A stretch of 32,748 nucleotides of DNA from Candidatus Firestoneibacteriota bacterium (GTDB lineage Bacteria; Oederibacteriota; D2-FULL-39-29; JBDRBU01), in assembly GCA_043822305.1 (NCBI GenBank), contig JBDRBU010000081.1, positions 1 to 32,748 of the forward strand, given 5' to 3'. Positions 29,234 to 32,748 of this stretch are shown piece after piece (position 1 is the stretch's first letter; every line of letters begins with the position of its first letter). The translations under genes were made by a program, and so were the position numbers. A model generated the notes under the pieces. It was not told the origin of the DNA and did not search any database. It saw only the letters and a program-made list of their open reading frames with translations.

Positions 29234-30417
29234 TAAATACTCCTCCTTACTCTGACCCCTTTTATAACTTTTATAACAAAATCTAAATCTTTTTTTGTTA
29301 AACATGCTGACATTTGAAATCTTACACGAGCCTTTCCTTCTGGAACAACCGGATAACCAAATCCAACAACAAAAATACCGTATTTAAACAACTCATTACT
29401 TAATTCTATTGCTTTTTTTGTTTCACCTATCATTAAAGGAATAATGGCTGATTCTCCTTCGATAGGATTAAGCCCTATCTCCTTCAACTTACTTCTAAAG
29501 TATTTTATATTTGACATAAGTTTATTAACAAGAGATGGATTTTTTTCTAAAATCTCTATGGCCTTTAATGAACTTCCGGCAACTACCGGAGGTAAAGCAT
29601 TTGAAAAAATCTGAGGTCTTGAAACCTGATTTAAATAATCAATTAGTGATTTACTTCCAGCAACAAAACCACCGGCTGCTCCACCAAGTGCCTTGCCAAG
29701 TGTACTGGTTAATATATCAACCTTACCTTTTAATCCAAAATACTCAATAATTCCTTTTCCCCTTTTCCCTAAGACACCAGTTCCATGTGAATCATCAACA
29801 ATAACAACAGCATTATATTTTTCTGCAAGTTCACAAATTACATCAAGTTTTGCTACATCGCCTTCCATACTAAAAACACCGTCTGTAAATATAAACCTTT
29901 GGTTAAATTTAGATGATTCTTTCAAAATTACTTTGAGCATTTCCATATCAGAATGTTTATAAATCTTTTTTTCAACATTTTTGCAAATTCTAATCCCATC
30001 TATTAAACTCGCATGATTAAGTTCGTCTGAAATAACTACATCTTCCGGAGAACAAATAGCAGGAATAAGTCCTGTATTCGCTGCCCAGCATGAAACATAT
30101 GTTAAAGATGATTCAAATTCAAAAAATTCTGCAATCTTTTTTTCTAATTTTTTATGAATAGTAAATGTTCCACAAATAAATCTAACTGATGCTGTCCCGG
30201 CTCCATACTTTTTTAATGTATCTATGCCTGCTTTAATAACTAATGGGTTGTTGGCTAATCCCAGATAATTATTTGAAGAGAAAACCAATGTTTTCTTCTT
30301 ATCAATAATTACTTCCCTATCCATTGGGCTATCTATTTCTCTAAAAATTTTAAATGTTCCTTTTTCTTTCATTTCATCTGATTTTATATTTAATATTTTT
30401 ATAAAATTGTTATTCAT
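29233..30417 (-). CDS. kbl: Glycine C-acetyltransferase (2-amino-3-ketobutyrate CoA ligase)
   Basis: SNNYLGL, SVRFICGT, NHASLIDG, DGVFSMEG, DDSHG, TLGKALGG; adjacent to tdh. Confidence 0.93.
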   Translation of the reverse strand: MNNNFIKILNIKSDEMKEKGTFKIFREIDSPMDREVIIDKKKTLVFSSNNYLGLANNPLVIKAGIDTLKKYGAGTASVRFICGTFTIHKKLEKKIAEFFEFESSLTYVSCWAANTGLIPAICSPEDVVISDELNHASLIDGIRICKNVEKKIYKHSDMEMLKVILKESSKFNQRFIFTDGVFSMEGDVAKLDVICELAEKYNAVVIVDDSHGTGVLGKRGKGIIEYFGLKGKVDILTSTLGKALGGAAGGFVAGSKSLIDYLNQVSRPQIFSNALPPVVAGSSLKAIEILEKNPSLVNKLMSNIKYFRSKLKEIGLNPIEGESAIIPLMIGETKKAIELSNELFKYGIFVVGFGYPVVPEGKARVRFQMSACLTKKDLDFVIKVIKGVRVRRSI

Positions 30418-30427
30418 AATTTTTTAC

Positions 30428-30456
30428 TTGACAAAATTTATTTTGTTTAATATACT
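30428..30456 (+). promoter_or_regulatory. Sigma70 promoter of tdh
   Basis: TTGACA (30428..30433), 17 nt, TATACT (30451..30456). Confidence 0.8.
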
Positions 30457-30483
30457 AAACAATATATATATTATACTAAACAA
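30443..30483. promoter_or_regulatory. Candidate operator(s)
   Basis: Palindrome TTGTTTA-atatac-TAAACAA (30443..30462); direct repeat TATACTAAACAA at 30451 and 30472. Confidence 0.55.
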
Positions 30484-30498
30484 AGGGAGTAATATCAA
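30470..30498 (-). promoter_or_regulatory. Sigma70 promoter of kbl
   Basis: TTGATA (30498..30493), 17 nt, TATAAT (30475..30470). Confidence 0.7.
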
Positions 30499-31532
30499 TG
30501 AAAATGAAAGGTATTGCTAAAACAAAATCTGAAAAAGGTCTTGAGATTTTAGATTATGAAGTCCCTAAAATTGGATACAATGAAACACTAATAAAAATAA
30601 AAAAAGCAGGAATATGCGGAACAGATTTACATATTTATAATTATGATCATTGGGCAAAATCAAGGTTAAAACTACCTGTAATTGCTGGTCATGAGTTTGT
30701 TGGCGAAGTTATTGAAGTTGGAAAAGGAATAAAATTTGTAAAGCCGGGCGATAGAGTTTCTGCTGAAGGACATATTGTCTGTGGCCATTGTAGATTCTGC
30801 AGAACCGGTCAAGCACATATTTGTGAAAAAACACAAATTATCGGAGTTGATATAAATGGCTGTTTTGCTGAATATATTAAAATGCCTGCAGAAAACTTAT
30901 GGCCCGTAGTCAAAGGAATTCCTGATAAATATGCTGCCATATTTGATCCTTTAGGAAATGCTATGCACACGATAATGAGTGGAAATGTTTCGGGTAAATC
31001 TGTTTTAATAATTGGAGCAGGTGCCATTGGACTTTTTGCTATTCCACTTACTAAATCAGCCGGAGCAAACCTAGTCTTAGTTCTTGAACCTAATTCGTTC
31101 AAATGTAATTTAGCAAAAAAATTAGGTGCAGATAAAGTATTTAAACCGCAAACTAAAAACTTAAACGAGGTTATTCTGGATGCAACTGATGGATTAGGTC
31201 CGGAAGTAATTTTAGAGATGTCAGGTAATCCGAATGGTATCAAATTTGGTTTTGAAATTATTAGAAATGGGGGAACATTTGTAATGCTTGGAATTCCTTC
31301 AACAGATTTTACAATAAACTGGGCAAAGGATGTGATCTTTAAAGGAATTACAATAAACGGAGTTAGTGGAAGACGACTTTATGACACCTGGTATAGATGC
31401 CAGGGATTCCTTGAAAAAAATTACAAACTTATTGAACCTATTATAACCATGGAACTAAACTATACAGAATTTCAGAAAGGCTTTGATTTAATGAATACAG
31501 GAAATAGTGGAAAAATAATTTTAAATTTTTAA
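30498..31532 (+). CDS. tdh: L-threonine 3-dehydrogenase
   Basis: ICGTDLHIY, GHEFVGE, EGHIVCGHCRFCRTG, DPLGNA.HT, GAGAIG, GRRLYDTW. Confidence 0.95.
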   Translation: MKMKGIAKTKSEKGLEILDYEVPKIGYNETLIKIKKAGICGTDLHIYNYDHWAKSRLKLPVIAGHEFVGEVIEVGKGIKFVKPGDRVSAEGHIVCGHCRFCRTGQAHICEKTQIIGVDINGCFAEYIKMPAENLWPVVKGIPDKYAAIFDPLGNAMHTIMSGNVSGKSVLIIGAGAIGLFAIPLTKSAGANLVLVLEPNSFKCNLAKKLGADKVFKPQTKNLNEVILDATDGLGPEVILEMSGNPNGIKFGFEIIRNGGTFVMLGIPSTDFTINWAKDVIFKGITINGVSGRRLYDTWYRCQGFLEKNYKLIEPIITMELNYTEFQKGFDLMNTGNSGKIILNF

Positions 31533-31551
31533 AAATACGGAGGGCAATAAT

Positions 31552-32121
31552 ATGTCAGTCTCAGAAGTTCCATCACCACCAAAACTTGGTAAAAATATTT
31601 TACGAATTAGAAAAGAAAAAAAGATGAGTCTTGATGCTTTAGCAAAAAAATCAGGAGTTTTAAAAGCAATGCTTTTCCAGATTGAATTAGAAAATACAAA
31701 TCCTACATTAGCCACATTATGGAAAATCGCCCATGGATTAAATGTTCCTTTAGAAGAACTACTTGGCCGGGAAAAAGAATTAGGCAAAAAATTTGAAATT
31801 ACCAGATCTGAAAATCTCCCGGTACTATTTAATGACACAAAAAAATGCAAATTTGATATTATCTCAACTCTTGATATGAAAGACCTTGAAATTTATGTTT
31901 TAAGACTTAAAAAAGGTGGTAGTTTAAACTCTACAAAACATTATCCTGGAACTGAGGAAATTCTACACATACTTAATGGGAGTATTGAAGTAAGAGCAGG
32001 CAAAAAATCAGCAATATTAAACAAAGGAGATGTAATCCGGTACAATGCAGATGTAAATCATCTGATAAAGAACATTTCAAATGAAGATGTAACCTTGTTT
32101 ATGGTTGAGAGGTTTGAATAA
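31552..32121 (+). CDS. XRE-family HTH regulator with cupin domain
   Basis: IRKEKKMSLDALA...QIE...NPTLATLWKIA; cupin H.PGTEE...GD...Y.AD..H. Confidence 0.9.
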   Translation: MSVSEVPSPPKLGKNILRIRKEKKMSLDALAKKSGVLKAMLFQIELENTNPTLATLWKIAHGLNVPLEELLGREKELGKKFEITRSENLPVLFNDTKKCKFDIISTLDMKDLEIYVLRLKKGGSLNSTKHYPGTEEILHILNGSIEVRAGKKSAILNKGDVIRYNADVNHLIKNISNEDVTLFMVERFE

Positions 32122-32421
32122 ATAGGAATAATCAGTAAGGATTTACCGTTTCTTTCGTTATTAACTTGGAACAATTTCTGTAAGTCCTTATATAACAGGA
32201 GAAAACTTAAAAATGTCTTTTGTCAGGTCGTAATACTACGTAAATTGATTATTTTATTCTTAAATACTTTGCTTCCGTAACCAACGACCAAGCAAAAAAT
32301 AAATATGTCAATGTTTACAAGGTGTTTTCATGGTTTTGCAAAAAGTATTTTCTTATTCATCTTGTATTTATAACGATTTTTATAATATTATTGCTTTTTA
32401 CTTCAAGTTATTTACGAATGA

Positions 32422-32634
32422 CCCAAAATAAACACCTATTCCACAAATATAAAAGGAAAGTATCCATATACAAGAGATGACTCTTTCCCTTTCGGACATG
32501 GCGAAAAATCAGTGCTTTACATCTCAAAGTTTATTGAATTGACAGAAAAAGAGTGTTTAATGATCCGTTGGCATCAAAGACAGGGCGACTACGAATGGAA
32601 AAAATACGGTTCTTCAGGTTTGATTGTAGAGTAA
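32422..32634 (+). pseudogene. Fragment of an HD-domain phosphohydrolase
   Basis: A start-less frame translates PKINTYSTNIKGKYPYTRDDSFPFGHGEKSVLYISKFIELTEKECLMIRWH.... I recognise GHGEKSV...IRWH as an HD-family signature. No start codon or N-terminal half is present. Confidence 0.65.
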
Positions 32635-32748
32635 TAGGATAGGATGGATATTTGAGATAGAAAGCATCTGTTAAATCTTGTATAATATAAATTGATTAAA
32701 TTAAAAACATATTATACGGAGGAAATAACAGATGCTTAAGAGAGATTA
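32608..32748 (+). repeat. Inverted copy of the 6..140 element; promoter, RBS and ATG (MLKRD...) pointing out of the window
   Basis: TAGAAA (32658..32663), 17 nt, TATAAT (32681..32686); GGAGG 32718..32722; ATG 32732. Confidence 0.92.

Noticed and set aside
530..29962. Numerous plus-strand ORFs of 60-140 aa in the track (e.g. 1998..2420, 9373..9741, 22072..22476, 28839..29255)
   Set aside because: Antisense shadows of well-supported minus-strand genes, with no recognisable motifs.
30809..31850. Minus-strand ORFs 30809..31243 and 31521..31850
   Set aside because: Antisense to tdh and the XRE regulator.
1..32748. tRNA, rRNA, T-box or riboswitch, or intact prophage
   Set aside because: No recognisable cloverleaf, rRNA, T-box motif or phage structural genes by eye. 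A covariance-model search was not possible.

Overview
Low-GC chromosomal segment from a probably diderm (lpxB, msbA-like) and probably anaerobic bacterium (TrpRS with a 4-Cys Fe-S-type motif, NikR). The taxon cannot be determined from the sequence. About 27 tightly packed genes run on the minus strand from 30417 to 220: kbl, a GH4 hydrolase, a membrane protein, lpxB, a DUF559 nuclease, msbA-like ABC, two Gfo/Idh/MocA genes, purSLQ, nikR, a class-III aminotransferase, MNT-HEPN, a DUF1998 helicase-exonuclease fusion, cinA, a five-gene MoxR/vWA cluster, a site-2 protease, trpS, and a small ORF plus nucleotidyltransferase. tdh and an XRE-cupin regulator are divergent on the plus strand. The most interesting signals are outside the ORF track. 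(1) Two HUH/Y1 (RAYT-like) transposases each have short terminal inverted repeats starting GGGGTC, and about 11 related GGGG(A/T)C(A/T) motifs sit at gene start/stop boundaries, including a nested set that brackets a GH4 gene like a cassette. (2) A 51-bp palindromic in-frame insertion lies inside cinA. (3) The two window ends are diverged inverted copies of one ~135-bp hairpin/promoter/RBS element, each abutting an apparently truncated gene. (4) The kbl and tdh promoters face each other across a palindromic operator.
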